A stretch of 64,000 bases of DNA from Octopus vulgaris. Taxonomy: Eukaryota. Below the pieces are notes generated by a model. It had not been told where the DNA came from, did no database searches, and worked only from the letters and a program-made list of their open reading frames with translations. The translations under genes were made by a program, and so were the position numbers. The stretch spans positions 74,648,001 to 74,712,000 of the forward strand of contig OX597817.1 in NCBI GenBank assembly GCA_951406725.2, given 5' to 3'. Positions 12,701 through 27,800 of this stretch are shown here, piece by piece (positions within the stretch are counted from its first letter, which is position 1; every line of letters starts with the position of its first letter).

Positions 12701-15700
12701 GATGTAAAACATTTTTCATTCAAAAGTTTGCTAAAGTATAACTTTTAAACTGACATTGTAAGAAAGCTGAAATAAGATATACTTTTTAAAACATACTTTA
12801 AAAAATTCAATTCAGTTTTATACTAGAAAACAAACACCAAAAAATAATCATGGAGTTTTAACTTTTAATTTCTAAGTTTATAATTTTAAAATTATTTTCT
12901 TATAGATTACATTCAATTGTATACTCAATTGGTTATTAAAAAATTAAATAGGGGGTGGGGATCGATGGTTAAGGAAGGTTAATTGAAGTTCGAGTTAGAA
13001 TAAACAGAACACCTTCCACTTTCATCAGCATTATGTCCATTCTTCATGCTAGCATGAGTTGAAAAGTTCAACAGGATCCAATGGGTCAGAGGACCTGTCT
13101 TGTTCCAATGTCCCATTTTTGGCATGGCTTCTACAGCCTGATACACTTCTTAATGTCAACCACTTTGCATGGTGTATTCACATTTTTTTCATGGGACCAG
13201 CACTACACAGATTGCCTTTGCCATCAACAACACTAAAGAACCCTCTAAAGCTGTGCGCTGTTGCTGCTTCAATCAATTACTAACCACCTAAAGAGTGTAC
13301 TGGGCACCTTTGCAGTACCAACACAGGTGGAGTTGCCTTGAAGCTCAGAGTAGAAGAGTCTCCAAGATGGAGAGAACAGATTCATTGGGAGAGAATGGAA
13401 ATAAAGAGAACAGGCGGAACAACGATGGGGTGGGAGTAATAAAAGAGATGGGGGGAAAGGACAGAGAAAGGTTGGGGATTAGTGTGAAGGAAAAGGGAGA
13501 GACAAAGTGGTAATGGTGATGGAGTAGGTTGAAAGCAGTGATGGCGTGGGTCAGTGATCCATCCAGACAATTCTTATTGGAGTTACACAGGTTTATTGGT
13601 GAGGGAGAGTGAAGACAATAATACTGATGCAACAATTATCAGTAGTTTATATATAGCAATAACGAAAACTGTTTAAAACTTCTAAACACCTGCACGATCT
13701 ATCCAGAAATATTACAAATTTGCAAAGAGAGAAAAAAAAAATTAATTAGATTTTTTAAGCAATAAAATTATGGTGAAATATTTACATCAATTAGATGCTG
13801 CGGGAACTGAGAGAAATGAGGTATAGCGGCTACATGCTGACAATATTGAGGATAATCTTTTAATCTGAAAGAATACATTAAAAAAGATACAAAATATCAC
13901 ATCATTAAGTCAGAAAATATTGAGTAAACTGGATTATGCAAATAAAATATGTGAAGATAGAGGAAAATATTTCAAGAGTAAAAATTAGTAATAAACCAAA
14001 TGTAAGTAGCCACCTACCGAGTTTTGAACTTGTCTAAAGCTGCAATCCCAAAAAAATACATCTTACTTGCATGTTGTTTCCGAAGTGCTTCTAATACATA
14101 TCGTAATGCTATTCCAAGGGACATATAGCTGAAAAAATTTAAATAATTTCAAAAGAAGGATTGTAAAACATTAAATTAAAAAAATATAAATAAAATAAGC
14201 TGTATACAATATACAAAGATTTCTTCAACTTACGTGACTAATCCCTGTTCAATGATCCCACCAAAGAGGACGGCTGTGATGTGAAGCTCCCTTTCTGGAT
14301 ATTGAGGGAAAAAGCAATATTCTTCGAATAGATTTCGCAGCATACACTGACATACTTCCTACAAATTAAAAGAAAAATTTCATACGATAAAAATATTTTT
14401 AAAAGAGCTTTACAATAAATACAAACACAAAGCAATAAATACAAACAAAATGGACTGACTGAAAGGCTATCAAAAGATCACATATTACAAGAAATGTCTA
14501 AGCATTTTAGCATATTAAGCCCATAGCTACTTATAGTAACTAATATATAATCTATAAGAGAAAGAACTTTACTGACAAAATCCTGAGTGTTAACAGCTTC
14601 CCTAGGCTTGGGGAAAAATAATGTATCAATATATAACAAGAGTAAAAGTGAAATATGTAAAATTGAAGTATTTAATACATAACATTAAGCGAAATACATA
14701 ACTAAGTATTTAAAGTTTTAAAAAAACAAAGAAATTAAAAATAGGAATGGGTCAATAAGAAAGCAATCTTAATGAATCTATCACAGACAATTTCCATTAA
14801 ATGTCTCACATGAGATTTCATGGAAATTAGTCAGAAGGATAAAATTTATAATTATAAAATCAAGTAACAGCTGACCTACAACTTTTTTTAAAACATTGTC
14901 TGGGCATTTTATTCAGATAAGAAAAGTGTACACCTCCCCAAGAGTGTTACACAAGAAATTGTAAGGAAGAAATTTGTCTGGATCAGAGGCACTATCTAAA
15001 ATATAAGTTAGGCTAATGTTACAGACACTGGCCTAACATTAACAGATAACAATTGTGCAGTATTGTACAGAAGACTTTGGCTACTACTTGCTCCTTTATC
15101 CAACTTTGCTAACTATTGTGACAGAATTTGCTCATAAAAATCTGCACACTTAAAATGTAAGTTATATCAGAATGGCATATATTAGCTGTATCAGAATTGG
15201 AGGACACCAGAAAACTAGAATGAAATATATTACTGCAATTTGCATCACTAATAATAATTATCTTATATTCAAATACTTTACCCGCTCTCTTTTATTTTGG
15301 GACTCCCTGAATCTTTTTAACATCTCAAGCACTTCATCGATAGACAAGGCTTGATGGGGTGGTTGATTGTAAATCTTCTGAAAATAGGAATTCGCTTCAT
15401 CTTCTACATCTTTACTGAAATGTTGACTACCGTCAGGAAATATGCTGAGTTCGCCTATGAAAAGGAGAAAAGAAAAACAAAATCAACTTAGCACACATGA
15501 AGATTAGCATAATATGGAAGAAAAAAGATCTTAAAAAAAAAAACCATTGATACCAACCCACTAGTTTTGTGATCTAAATTAAAACTTTACACAGCAGATT
15601 AATAACGATTTCAAATTTCAGCAAATGGTTAGCAATTTTAGAGGGGAGGCAAGTTGATTACATCAACCCCAGTGCTCAATTGATGCTTATTTTAACCCTG

Positions 15701-18700
15701 AAGGGATGAACAGTCAATCTCACCAGCACTTGAACTTCGAACACAAAGAGCCAAAAAAAAAAAAAAGGCCGCAAAGCATTTTGCCTGGCATGCTAATGTG
15801 TCTGCCAGCTCATGTACCTTAAGCACCCAATCATCCAACTATTAAATTCTTCATTACTTTCAAAATTGAAACAAAAGCAGTGCAATTTCAACTAAAATAC
15901 ATCAATGAAAGGGTTAAAGCAATCTAAATTAAAACTTTCCATTAAATTTCATGGGAATTTGTTTCAAACATAAGCTTAATAGTGACCAAGTTATTTATTT
16001 TTTTTAATTCTTAATTATTTCCAAAATTAAATGAAACAAAGGTAGTGTAATTTCAACAGAAATAAGGTATCAAAAGGGTTAAAAGAGTAAGATAAAAAAA
16101 AAGTCATACCCATTTTATTATCTATATTTGATGGTGGTTGTTGTTTCAGAGTCGCTTGTGCGCCCAGTGATCCAAGAGAATAGACAGCATTTCGGCTGGT
16201 CATCAATGGAGCTTGTAAGTTTAAATCTAAGAAAAAGTTTCAAACAAATATTTGAAATGTTGAAAATTAAGGATGTAAACTATATTAGAAATGATGTTGC
16301 AACATTTGTTTAGAAATAAACTCACAAACTAATGTATGTGCCATCTTTTATAGGATGATATCCAATTCTAAAGCAGTTTTAGCTGATATAATACACTAAA
16401 CTCTAAAACAGACAAAAAAAAATTTTTTTATTTTATTTTTTTTTTGCTGACTTTCGGAATCTAGATAGATGGACATTATAGCACAAAGATTTCCACAGCT
16501 CCAATCAGGTAGTATCATTAGAAATATAAAATGATTTTAATAAAAATCTAAGTATAACGGTTGTGTGGTGAGAAGCTTGCTTCATGGCATATTTCAGGTC
16601 CAGTCCCACTGCATGGCACTTGGGCAAGTGTCTTCTATAGCCTTCTCAGTGGATTTGGTAGACAGAAACTGAAAGTAGTCCATCATATATATCTATATAT
16701 GTTTATGTCTTTATGTTAGTGATTGTCCACTATCCACATAGAAAATATTTAAAATACAAACATTAATATGGAAAATTCTTACAAAACAAAACCCAACCTT
16801 GTTTTTAGAATAGTGGTTCTCGGCCATTTTTTTTTACCTATGTACCCCCTTGATTACTATTTTACTCTGATGGACCCCATAGCCATTTGATGTTGAAAAG
16901 CTAGTTTTATAGGTACTTTCAAGATTCCTGTTTAGTTTTTCACACAATTTCTGTAGGTTGAACTGTGTAAAAGGTTTCTTGTAATAAATACATCTAAATC
17001 AAAATTTTGTCATGGACCCTTGAAATACTTCTGTGAATCCCCAATTTGCTATTTTGCTTGTGTACCCACTCCACAAATCTTACATGGACAAGCTGGGGTT
17101 ATATGGGCCTCAACTGAGAACCATTGTTTCAGAGGAACTAAAAAAAACAAAAAAAAAATCTTCAGTACTACAAAGTTTGGGAATCTTTAAATCTTTATAC
17201 TCTATTTCCTTCAGCCCACTCTCAATCTAACTACCAGTAAAGAAAAAGACGATTTCAAAGAATATAAAAAAAGGCAGCAAATAAACTAAACAAACTTCTG
17301 AAAGATAAAAATCATTAAAAAAAAAAAAATTACTTTGTAATTGTGTAGTTAAATTCTGAATAGACCCATAACCAGTTGGGACTTGGTTTATTCCAGGAAA
17401 TCCTTTTGCAGGTGAACCAGGTGCACCAGTAGCTACAGCAGCAGAACTCAGGGTAGCCAAACTTTGTGGGAACGTTCCACTCACTGCCGGGGTACCCATA
17501 TCCAAAGCATTCATGTTAGGAAGGGGAGCCATCTAGAAAAGAAAGTGTGTAAGCTGCTTTGATACCTGAAGTTTGCATGATGATGAATGCAAAATTACTA
17601 TATATGTGGGAGATGCAGACATGTACAAACAATCTTGCAACAAGAAACAGAGACAGCTTTTGAAAATCAGGGTGTTCTTGCAGAATTATTATATACAAAA
17701 ATTTTGCAACAACATAAAACTGCAAAAGAAAAAAAAAATGAAGGTAACAATAAAAACAATTAATGAATCTAATACATTATTTAGTTCCTCAGTTCCAAAT
17801 TCACATTCAAACATGGCCTTTCATATTTCTAATATTGACAGACTTAAGTCCATCATAAACCCTAGAACACATTAGTTTGGATGTTTAATCTGGTTTCCAT
17901 GTGTTTACACAACTAACATTACAACAACCCATCCTGGACAGGTCATCAGTCCATCACAGGATTAATTTCCGAGAAGTGTTATGAAGACAAGTGTTCCAGT
18001 TGATCCAATCAACAAAACAGCCTGCTTGTGAAATGCACGATACAAAATGTGACAAGGCTGGACCTTTGATTTACAGGTACAACTCATTTTTGCCAGCTGA
18101 GTGGACTGGAGCAACATGAAAGTGTCCTGCCCAAGGATACAATGTGCTGTTGGCAATCATGAGCCAAATACCCTAACCACTAAGCTACACCCTCCACTAG
18201 GATTAATCTAGTTATTGCTGAAACTCATTTTTGTAGCTGAGTGGACTGGAACAATGTTCACAGGTTACATACCCTAAGATGCATGCATTAAATCATCACT
18301 AAATAATGAGAGTCAAACTAACACTACAGACATTTACACATTATACATACATATGAACACTTGCAGTGTACCAATAGCCTTCCTTCATGTGTGTGGGTGC
18401 ACAGGCCAGTAGCATTTGTTTGAATCTTTTACTATCTCCTTTCCATAGTGAGAAAGATTTTTTAACCACAGGAATTGTCAGCACATTGATATAATAGACA
18501 AGACATTAATTTTTCTGATTTCAAAAATTAAAACAGAAAATCTTGATGTGAACAAATGACCCGACTGATTCCAGACACAGATTTCTAAAATATATTTTTC
18601 TCGGTTGCATTCCTATTTGTGAAACAAACCTTTGGCAAAGTAATATGGTAAAAAAAAAAAAAAAACCTATAAAAACTGTTTAAAATAATGAAAGTAACAT

Positions 18701-21700
18701 GCATTAAGAGAATCTTTTTATTATTTGTTTCAACTCTTCAAAACAAAACAAAATTACCCTAGACATATCTTTGTCCAATTAAAATTTTAATCCAACAGCA
18801 TAAGAAATAAACAGTTCTTAGAAATATAAAACCATCTGTATATAACACAAATTACCACCCAAATAGGCCATGACAGGATTCAAATTCAAATCCACAACAC
18901 CACCAGGTGATATTGTAGTTTTTAAAAATTTCACTTACAAAACAGCAGATTCAGCTACAATACTTGTGCTTATGTAGTAAAGAAAACAAAATTCCTAAAA
19001 AAAATACAACTTACATTCACAATAACTGGACTTGGTTGAGCAGGATTAATAGCAGATTGATTAAGTTTGGCTCCAACAGCTCCAGGCGGCATTTGCCGTT
19101 GTTTATTCAATATTTGATTAGCATTAGCAGCTATATTTAAGATGGCTTCAGATAATTCATGTGATGTGACTTGACTGAAAGTTTCAAAATATAAAATGTA
19201 TATATCAGCTATTGAGTATTAAAAGTATTTTTGAAGCAGAATTTCATGTGAAACAATAAACTACAATTATTATTCCGGCTTATAACATTTACAAGTTTAT
19301 ACAAGTGTCACAAAATCTAAGATAGCTGCTAGAGAAATGTCTTGAGAATTTAGCAAAACGTTTTGTTATTTTTCAATTCTGCCACTTACTGAGGTATTTC
19401 ATAACTTGTACATATTTCATTTTATTGATTACACATGCAAATTGAGTATCTTAGGAAGAAATTAGTAGAGAAGTTTGCTAACTTGTCTCTCAGGATTTTT
19501 TTTTTTAAAGTTGTGCCTATGACCCTCCGCAGGGTCTCTGAGATTGGTGGATCAAAGGGCAGGAAATATCCTCAAACCAGAAAACCGGATCTGAATGCTT
19601 GCAACAGAGTGACTCCAATAAAGGCTAGATGGTGGTGTTAAACTAAGTAACAAGTTAAGTTTACCACCCAAATGGGCCATGGCAAGATTTGAACTCTGAA
19701 TACTAAGAGCCAAAACAAATACCACACAGCATCCAGTCCAACATTCTTACAATTCCACCATTTCACTGCCTTCAATCAGTAGTACTATATTTTATCAACC
19801 TTCAAAGGAAGAAAGAAAACGTTGAACTCAACAGGATTTGAACTCAGAGCATGGAATCAGAACAAATACTGCAAAGCATTGTCTCACACTAATAACTGCC
19901 AATTCATTACCTACATTCATCACCATCATCGTTTAATACCCATTTTTCCAAGCTTGCATGGTTCAAACAGAATTTAAGAAAAAGTTTCGACAACCAGACA
20001 TCTTTCCTGTTACCAACCCTCACCTGTTTCCAAGCAAGGTAATATTTCCCCATGGCCAAATATGTTTCCATGGATGGCAATGGTACACACAAACATGTAT
20101 ATACTCGAAAAGCTTCTTACAGTTTCCATCTACCAAACTCACTCACAAAGCTTTAGACAGCACAGAGCTACAGTGGAAAACATTTGCCAATGGTACCATG
20201 CAATGACACTGAATCTGAGAGCATCATTTGGAAGCAAGCTTCTTATAACATTAAAACTAAACTATATTCTTATGCCCATTCAGTGCATCAATCTTTACAT
20301 TAACATAGGAATACGACCCATGCCAGAATGGACTATAGACATTAAAAAATTTTTTTTAAATGAAAAGAATCTATGAGTTGATGTGAATTTAAACAACTGC
20401 AAATTTCAAAATGTGACTGTATTTATACAGAGAAAAAATATCAAGGCTAGCAGTACTCCAGATGTTCTATTGTAAATGGTAACAATGCAAGTTTGTATCT
20501 TTGAAAAAAGACCATTTCTTTGGTTTAGTTTTTATCATCATCTCAGTATAGGATCTAGAAGTCTACATTTGAGGAATACTGAAATGTATTCCAACCCATG
20601 CTAGCATGGAAAGCGGACGTTAAACGATGATGATGAAATGTATTTATTGAAAAAATTTTTCACCCAGTACATACTGTGAAGCAGTTGGCATTAGAAAGGA
20701 CATCCAGTCATAGAAGCCATGCCAAAGCACTCTCCGGTTCACAAGATCCTGTCAAACCATCCAACCCATGCCAGTATAATTCGTAATCATTAGTTTGACA
20801 AAATATATTTTGTCAAACATTTATAGACTAAACAAGTAAAATATATGTGTGTGTTATCTGCTGGCATATATGTCTTAACCCCTAAATACATCTGCAAAAA
20901 CAATGCTACTCAAATCATTTACTAAATGAAACTTACACATCTTCCACATTCCCAAAAAGAAAAACACTGATTTTGACTAGATATATATCCTACAATGGCA
21001 ATAATGGCAATATATCCTACCTGTGCGGTGCCACATAAAAGCATCCAGCACATTCTGTTAAGTGGCTGGCATTAGGAAGGGCATCCAGCTGTACAAACTA
21101 TGCCAAATTAAAGTGGGGTTTGGTGCACACACCCCTGCCAGCTCTGGTCACACAGTCCAACCCATGCCAGCATAGACAACAGACGTTAATGAAAAATGGC
21201 AAACGTGCTAAGATAGCAACCAATAATTCATATTGTTACCATGTAAGAATTTGCCATATAGAATTTTAATGTTTTACTTATTCAAGCTCCAAAATTCTAA
21301 GGAAAACTTAATACACATAGCTCTATATATATATATATATATAACATCACTTAGAGCTAGCTTAAACAAATATACAAGGTAGCTTACTTTGCATAGTTTT
21401 GCAAACAAGATAACATAGTTTGCACAGTCTCTGTTGGCAATCTGTTCTTTGTTTGATGTTCTTCTTTAACTGCACCACTTGTCACAGCTGGGAAACGGCG
21501 TTTCAGAAAGTTTACACAAGCTTGAACAAATGGTTCCTACAAGATGAAATTAGAAATATCACAGTGGAGAGGAGTAAGTCGAGTACTTCTGGAAAGCAAA
21601 TGCAAATTCTTAAGCAACTAATTAATATTAGTACATTCAAAGTAAGTGGAGAAAAACTTGTCATACTGGTTTTCCTTATGCATGTATACACACACACACT

Positions 21701-21846
21701 AACACAAATATACATACACACAATCATTTACTGTCACCAGTTATAAGACTGTAACCATGGTGGAGCACTGCTTGCAAGGGTTTTAGTGAATCAAATCCAC
21801 CTCAGTGATTATTTTAGAGATCTGTATTTGTGGCAACTTAACTTTC

Positions 21847-21894
<48 letters not shown>

Positions 21895-24800
21895 AGAGGA
21901 GACTCCAGATGGTAACCCTTTCGTTACTAACCCGACTGAAACCAGCTCTGGCTCTATAATACAAATATCTTGTTTTCATAAGTTTTTAATCAAAATCTTC
22001 CACCAAACCCTAGTCACAATTTATGTTCCTAACATTAGCTTAATGATAACTAAGTTATTTTACTAAATTCTTTGTTATATTTAAAATAATTGAAAGAAAC
22101 ACAGAGCATCTCAAAATAAATACAGTAACGAAAGGGTTAAGACATGCCTGCTTGAAGAATTTCACATTTTTCCGCAAAATTTCTAGCCCCAAATGGCTTA
22201 CATTTTATATCTAGCACTATGTCTTTCTCCATTTCTAACTTAAGGGTTAAAATAAAGCAACCCTGCAAAACACAACTGATCTTTGCACACAGATACACAG
22301 AATAACACCAACCAAATAACAGTGCAGTGCACAACAAACATCAGCAATCTAACGCATCTGTTATCAAGAGCACCGGTGAGTCTTTTACACCTACTAGGTA
22401 TGTTCATATTAGCCTGAGTTGCTGGATAAAGTAAGAATATTGTAGAATGGAAACTTTTCATAGATTGGAATTTAAATCCTAATCTCCATAGAAATTTATT
22501 GTTTCAAGAAATCATTGAATTTGAATTACTTTTAATTTTTACGATTATAGATAACAACTCAGGCTAACTTCTGAGCCCAAGTCAGGCATGTGTGAACAAT
22601 GTTGAGAGAATGTCTAACGAATGATATTTTTTGCCACAGGGCACTTCTAAGACACCACCAGATGCTGAACAAAAATAAATGAAATGCAACCAGGCTCAAT
22701 AAAAGGAGCCAGAGTTATTGGCTGCAATTACATACTTGAAGTCAGTATTGGGAGAAATTAAATCAGCTTGCAAAACGTGTTCACTTTACAAAATTTATAC
22801 TAGGGCTAAGTCTGAACAGCCCGAGTGTCACAGTCGCCACCGATATATGGGTAAAGACTCCCTTTAGTCATGAATGACCATGGGATGTACCTAGAAAGTT
22901 CCCCTCTGAGGAACAAGTCTGGGCAAGGTTGTTTATAGAAGGCTAGCAGTCACCCATACATACCAGTCTCCCCATTCCATGCCACCAATTTTATCCAAGG
23001 GAAAGGCAAAGGCCAATACAGCTTAGCACCAGGGACATCACAACAGCTGAGTGAACTGGAGCAATGTGAAATAGAGGATCTTGTTCAAGAACACAACACA
23101 GAGCCCAGACTGAGAATCGAACCCACTACCTCATGCTCTAACCACTGAGTAATGAGCTTTTATACACACACACACACAAAACAGAGCTTCAAGCAGTTTC
23201 TATCAATGAAATTTCACTCAAAATATAGGTAGTACCCAAAGTACCACACAGTGCTATCAAACAGCAGCACATGGCTCCAAAGTAAACTTAACCAAGAAAC
23301 AATGCTTGGATCTGTAAAAAAAAATTAGATTTACATCTATTTTCAAAGTTTTTATTAACAATATTTTTAAATGCTGGAAATTTTATACTAACTCTATGTT
23401 CTCTTATTTTGTCCGAGAGCCATTTATCAAGCTTTAGATATTCCCGACGAGAAGCAAGACATGCTAGGTCAATTACAAATGGAAATGGTGTTGCATTCAA
23501 CAGCATAGACAGAGCCTACAATTAAAATGAAAATCATTAATATAAATTAAAGATAGTTAACAGAATTAACATGAATATTAGAACAATTAATCAATACTAT
23601 TTAAGTTTGTAAACCAGTAGAGACTTAGAAACTGATCGAGAGAACTGTAAGAATGTTCTTTAAAAAGCAATGGGAGTGGGGATTATTTAAAAGGTAACAC
23701 CGAAAATGGTTAGAAAAGAAGGATCGTGTAAATTTATCAAACATAACCAGCTGTGAAACCAGATAATAATGTAAACTGAAATCACTGGAAAACACATGTA
23801 TGTTATCATCATCAATTAACAACTGTCCTCCATGCTGGAATGAGCTGGACAGAAAGGAAGAGGCGATAAGCAGTAGCACAGGATGGGAAGTAACCAGTAG
23901 CATAATAAACCTGTAGATAGATTGGAAAATGGAGATGTGTGGGGAGGCAAAGTGAGTAGTGATTATAGTGAGACGGGGGAAGGTGAGGGAGAATATCAAT
24001 GGAAGATATGAGGGTGTTGAGAATGTTAGATATAAGGTGAAACAAAGATACTGAGATGTCTAATTTATTTCTATTAGGTCTACTCTCTAGATTAAATTTT
24101 CAACTATTATGGGAATTAAGATGGCAAGCTGGCAGAATTGTTAGCACACCAGGCAAATGCTAAGCAGCATTTTGTCCATCTTTACATTCTGAGTTCAAAT
24201 TCCACCAAGGTTGACTTTGGCCTTTATTCTTTTGGGGTCAGTAAAATAAGTAGCAGGTGAACACTGGAGTCTATCTAATCAACTTACTCCTGACTGGAAA
24301 TTGCTGGCCTAGTCCCAAAATTTGAAATCAATAATTATGGAAATTGATTTCAAATCGTTATCTTTGTCACAACATCTACTGGATGCATTAACACTTACTG
24401 GGATTAGTATAAAAAAATTTTTTTTTAATTAAAAAAAAGAAACAGCATCTATAGTCTTTCAGAAATAATGGCTTATATTTCTGCTTTCTAGAGTCAGATG
24501 TCTTACACATGATAAATATTTATGCTTACATAATACAAACATTTTTTGATTTAAGCTTACCTTAAGATCTTGAGCAACATCTAATATTCTAGCAAGTCTA
24601 ATCTGATCTTGACAATCGCTCCTCATGTACCAATCAGCCATAGAGTGCATTATTAATGTGCGAATATTAGTGGAAAGATTCTGAAACAAACGATATATAG
24701 AAGTTTTAATATAAACATTTTACAAGTACCAAAATCAAAGGATCGAGTAGCAACATTTCCACAACTAGGTTCAACAGATTTGCAAGTTTAGTTCTTAGGA

Positions 24801-27800
24801 TTTCTTTAGTTCTAATGACTTCATGCACTTCTATATATATTTAGCTAGATGCCTTAAAAATTAAAATGAAAAACAGTATTATCACTTTAAGATCTACTTT
24901 TTCTTTTATGACGAGTCGTATGGAATTTGTTGAGGCAGATTTCCCATTGCTGCATGGCCTTCCTGTCACCAAACCACACACTGCTTGTTTCCAAGTAGGG
25001 TGATATTTTTGCATAGTTGGATATATTCTTGCAGAAGATTGGAAACAGATGACACCACTTGTATGACAATGACACTCATAACTATTGCACAATGTCAAGA
25101 CAAGGACAGACTTTGAGCATTCAAACCAAAAGCAATTTAGATGCTATAAACATGCACTTATCAGATTATTTTACAATACCTGACTTCCAAAGATGGAAAG
25201 GGATGGTGGGAGAGTAACTTCACTGGGTTACTAAAATCTTAACAGTTTATAACACAGCTTTCTCTTCAGTTTCAACTGTTACAATAATACTCACACACTT
25301 GAAAAAAGAACAGGCATCACCAAACACCATTTATCTCTCCCACAAACCTAATACATCAAGCCTCAGTATAAAAAGTCCAAAACACTTTTAATACCAACCT
25401 ACCCAAGATCACCCCTAGTTCTATGATAGAATCTATGATGCAAACTTTGTTTTAAAGTGATCCAAATTAAAACTGTCAAAATTTCATGTTGATTTATGTT
25501 CCAAACACCAGTTTAATATTAAATGAGTTATTTTACTAAATTCTTCATTATTTTCAAAATTAACTGAAAGAAAGTGTATTTTAACAAAAATATGGAAATA
25601 AACAAAATTAAATATAAACATGCAAGTACTTACAGTATAATGCCATGCATAATTTAAAACAATAGCTGAATTTGGATGGTTATTTAGGAAAATTGGAATC
25701 AGACTGGATAGAAGTTCTTGTTTCAAGATATTCCATGTGAGCTGAAATAAATTTAGCATTTAAATATTACTGCAAATGTTTTACAATCACTAACATAATT
25801 ACAGAGTTAATCCCCATCCTTTTTTTTTTTTTTTTGTAAATTCCTGTAAGATTTAGCAATTATTCCTCCTCAATACAGATTCTATATCAATACAATGTTC
25901 TCTGCATTTTCCTCCAAGAGACATTATTCATAGATCCCCTCCTGCAACACCTTCCAGGAATATGCTGGTAAGTTTAAATTTACAAACCACAAATACAGTG
26001 TTATGAACCAGTAAAGGAGATTCTATATGGCTGCAATCTGCTATAAATTACAACCAAACCTTAAAATCACACTGAACTAGTTGAAAAAAAAAAGAACACA
26101 TTAGCTTAAATAGTCCAAGGTAGCATATGCCAAAATAGAAAAAAATTAAAAAACTGCCAGAAGAGCTGCCCAATCAAAATTGGCCAAGTGTAAAAAACAT
26201 GATTTCTAGTAAAGTTAAATTATTTTTGAAGTCAACTTACATCAATTTGGAGCAATCCTAAAGTCAACATATCTGGACAATTTTGGACAGGAAATTTGAA
26301 TAGATCTGTTACAAATGGGTAATGACCAAGATCTGAAAGTCTAAGCAAAGCTTGGACAAGGTCTTTGGATTTCCTGCAAATAAAATTTATAGTTAAACAA
26401 ATATAAAGTCTTGTAATTCTAAGGGATACTAAAAACACTTTAACAATGAATAAACTATTAGCAAAGCAGTGATTTTTATCAAAGTCATAGTTATGTTAAA
26501 AAAATTTATAGAAACAGATTGCAATTAGAATACCAAAAGACAATTATACAAACCATGTGAGAATTTCTTTGTTATCTTCATCAGGAGCGGCTTTAAGAAC
26601 ATCTGTTATCACTGGCTCATATGGATAATCAGCTAAGCAGAAGATATCTGGATTTTTTAACGCATGAGTTAGAAAAGACAACTGAAAATACCAAAAGAAA
26701 ATAGAGCATGAATATAAGGAAATGAAAAATTGACAAAAGATGAAAATTATAATTTACTAGCAGTATTGCCCGGCGTTGTTCAGGTTTGTAAGGGAAATAA
26801 CTATATAAGCATTTTTAGAGAGTTATAGCAAAAAAATGCATTAAAAATGGAATAAAAAATGATGGTAATTTTTTTTTTTAAATCGTTGACTCATCGTAGA
26901 CATTTTTAGAGAGTTACTTCCCTTATATAATAGCGAAAAAATGCATTAAAATGGAAAAAAATGATGGTAAATTTTTTTTTAAATCGTAGACTCATGTAGA
27001 CGCTTTCTTAGCCATTTCTGTTTTGGTGTCTTCAAGCCATGAAGTCGTTCTAAAAGAACGCTGGTCTCCTTGACAACGCATTATGACATTGATTTCTTTA
27101 CACTCCCTTCCCCACAGCTTCATGAAGGAGGGAAGAAGCAACACAGGTGCAGCTGTGAGTGTGGACGCCAACTCCGCCGCCATCGACACACGAAAAAATA
27201 TGCATTAAAATGGAATAAAAAATGATGTTAAATTATTTTTTAAATCGTAGACTCATCGTAGACGCGCGCTAATAGCCAGACGGGCTCGATGTGAATCACG
27301 ACTATAAGATACCCGAATTTGGTTAAACTGCACCGCAAAATGTGGGAGTAGTTAGGAATCTAAATCGAAGGGGACAGACACTCACACAACTACAGTTTTA
27401 TATATATATAGATATGTGGTTTTGTGGTTAAGCCACATGGTTTCAGGTTCAGTTCTACCTGCCAGGCACCTTACGCAAGTGTCTGTGAATGAATTTGGTA
27501 GAGAGAAACTCAAGAAGCTGGATGGATGCATCTGTGTGTCTCTCGATGAGTGTGTGTGTGTGTGTATTACACACATGTATGTATGTATAGAGACAGACAG
27601 ACAAGAGAGTGTGTGAAAGAGTTTGTATTTCCGTCATCAACAGGTATGTTTCAATCACTGACTATATTACACTGCTTTGCAAACCATATCGTTAACTTAC
27701 AGTTCTACTGCAAAAGCATGTCTAGGCTTCTTGATATATTGTGTGACCTTTGTAAACAAAAGGCTTGCCGATGCAGTGTTATATATCTCCATTTCTCCAC

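Noticed and set aside
13295-13635. Purine-rich ORFs (also 23625-24045, 50318-50512)
   Set aside because: Low-complexity, probably decayed LINE-tail sequence with no coding signal
17566-17719. Independent cassette exon using the CAG/GTATCA donor
   Set aside because: Would leave a 33-nt intron, too short; treated instead as an alternative acceptor extension
26810-27270. CRISPR-like repeat array
   Set aside because: Eukaryotic context, degenerate long units inside a Helitron, no regular spacers or cas genes
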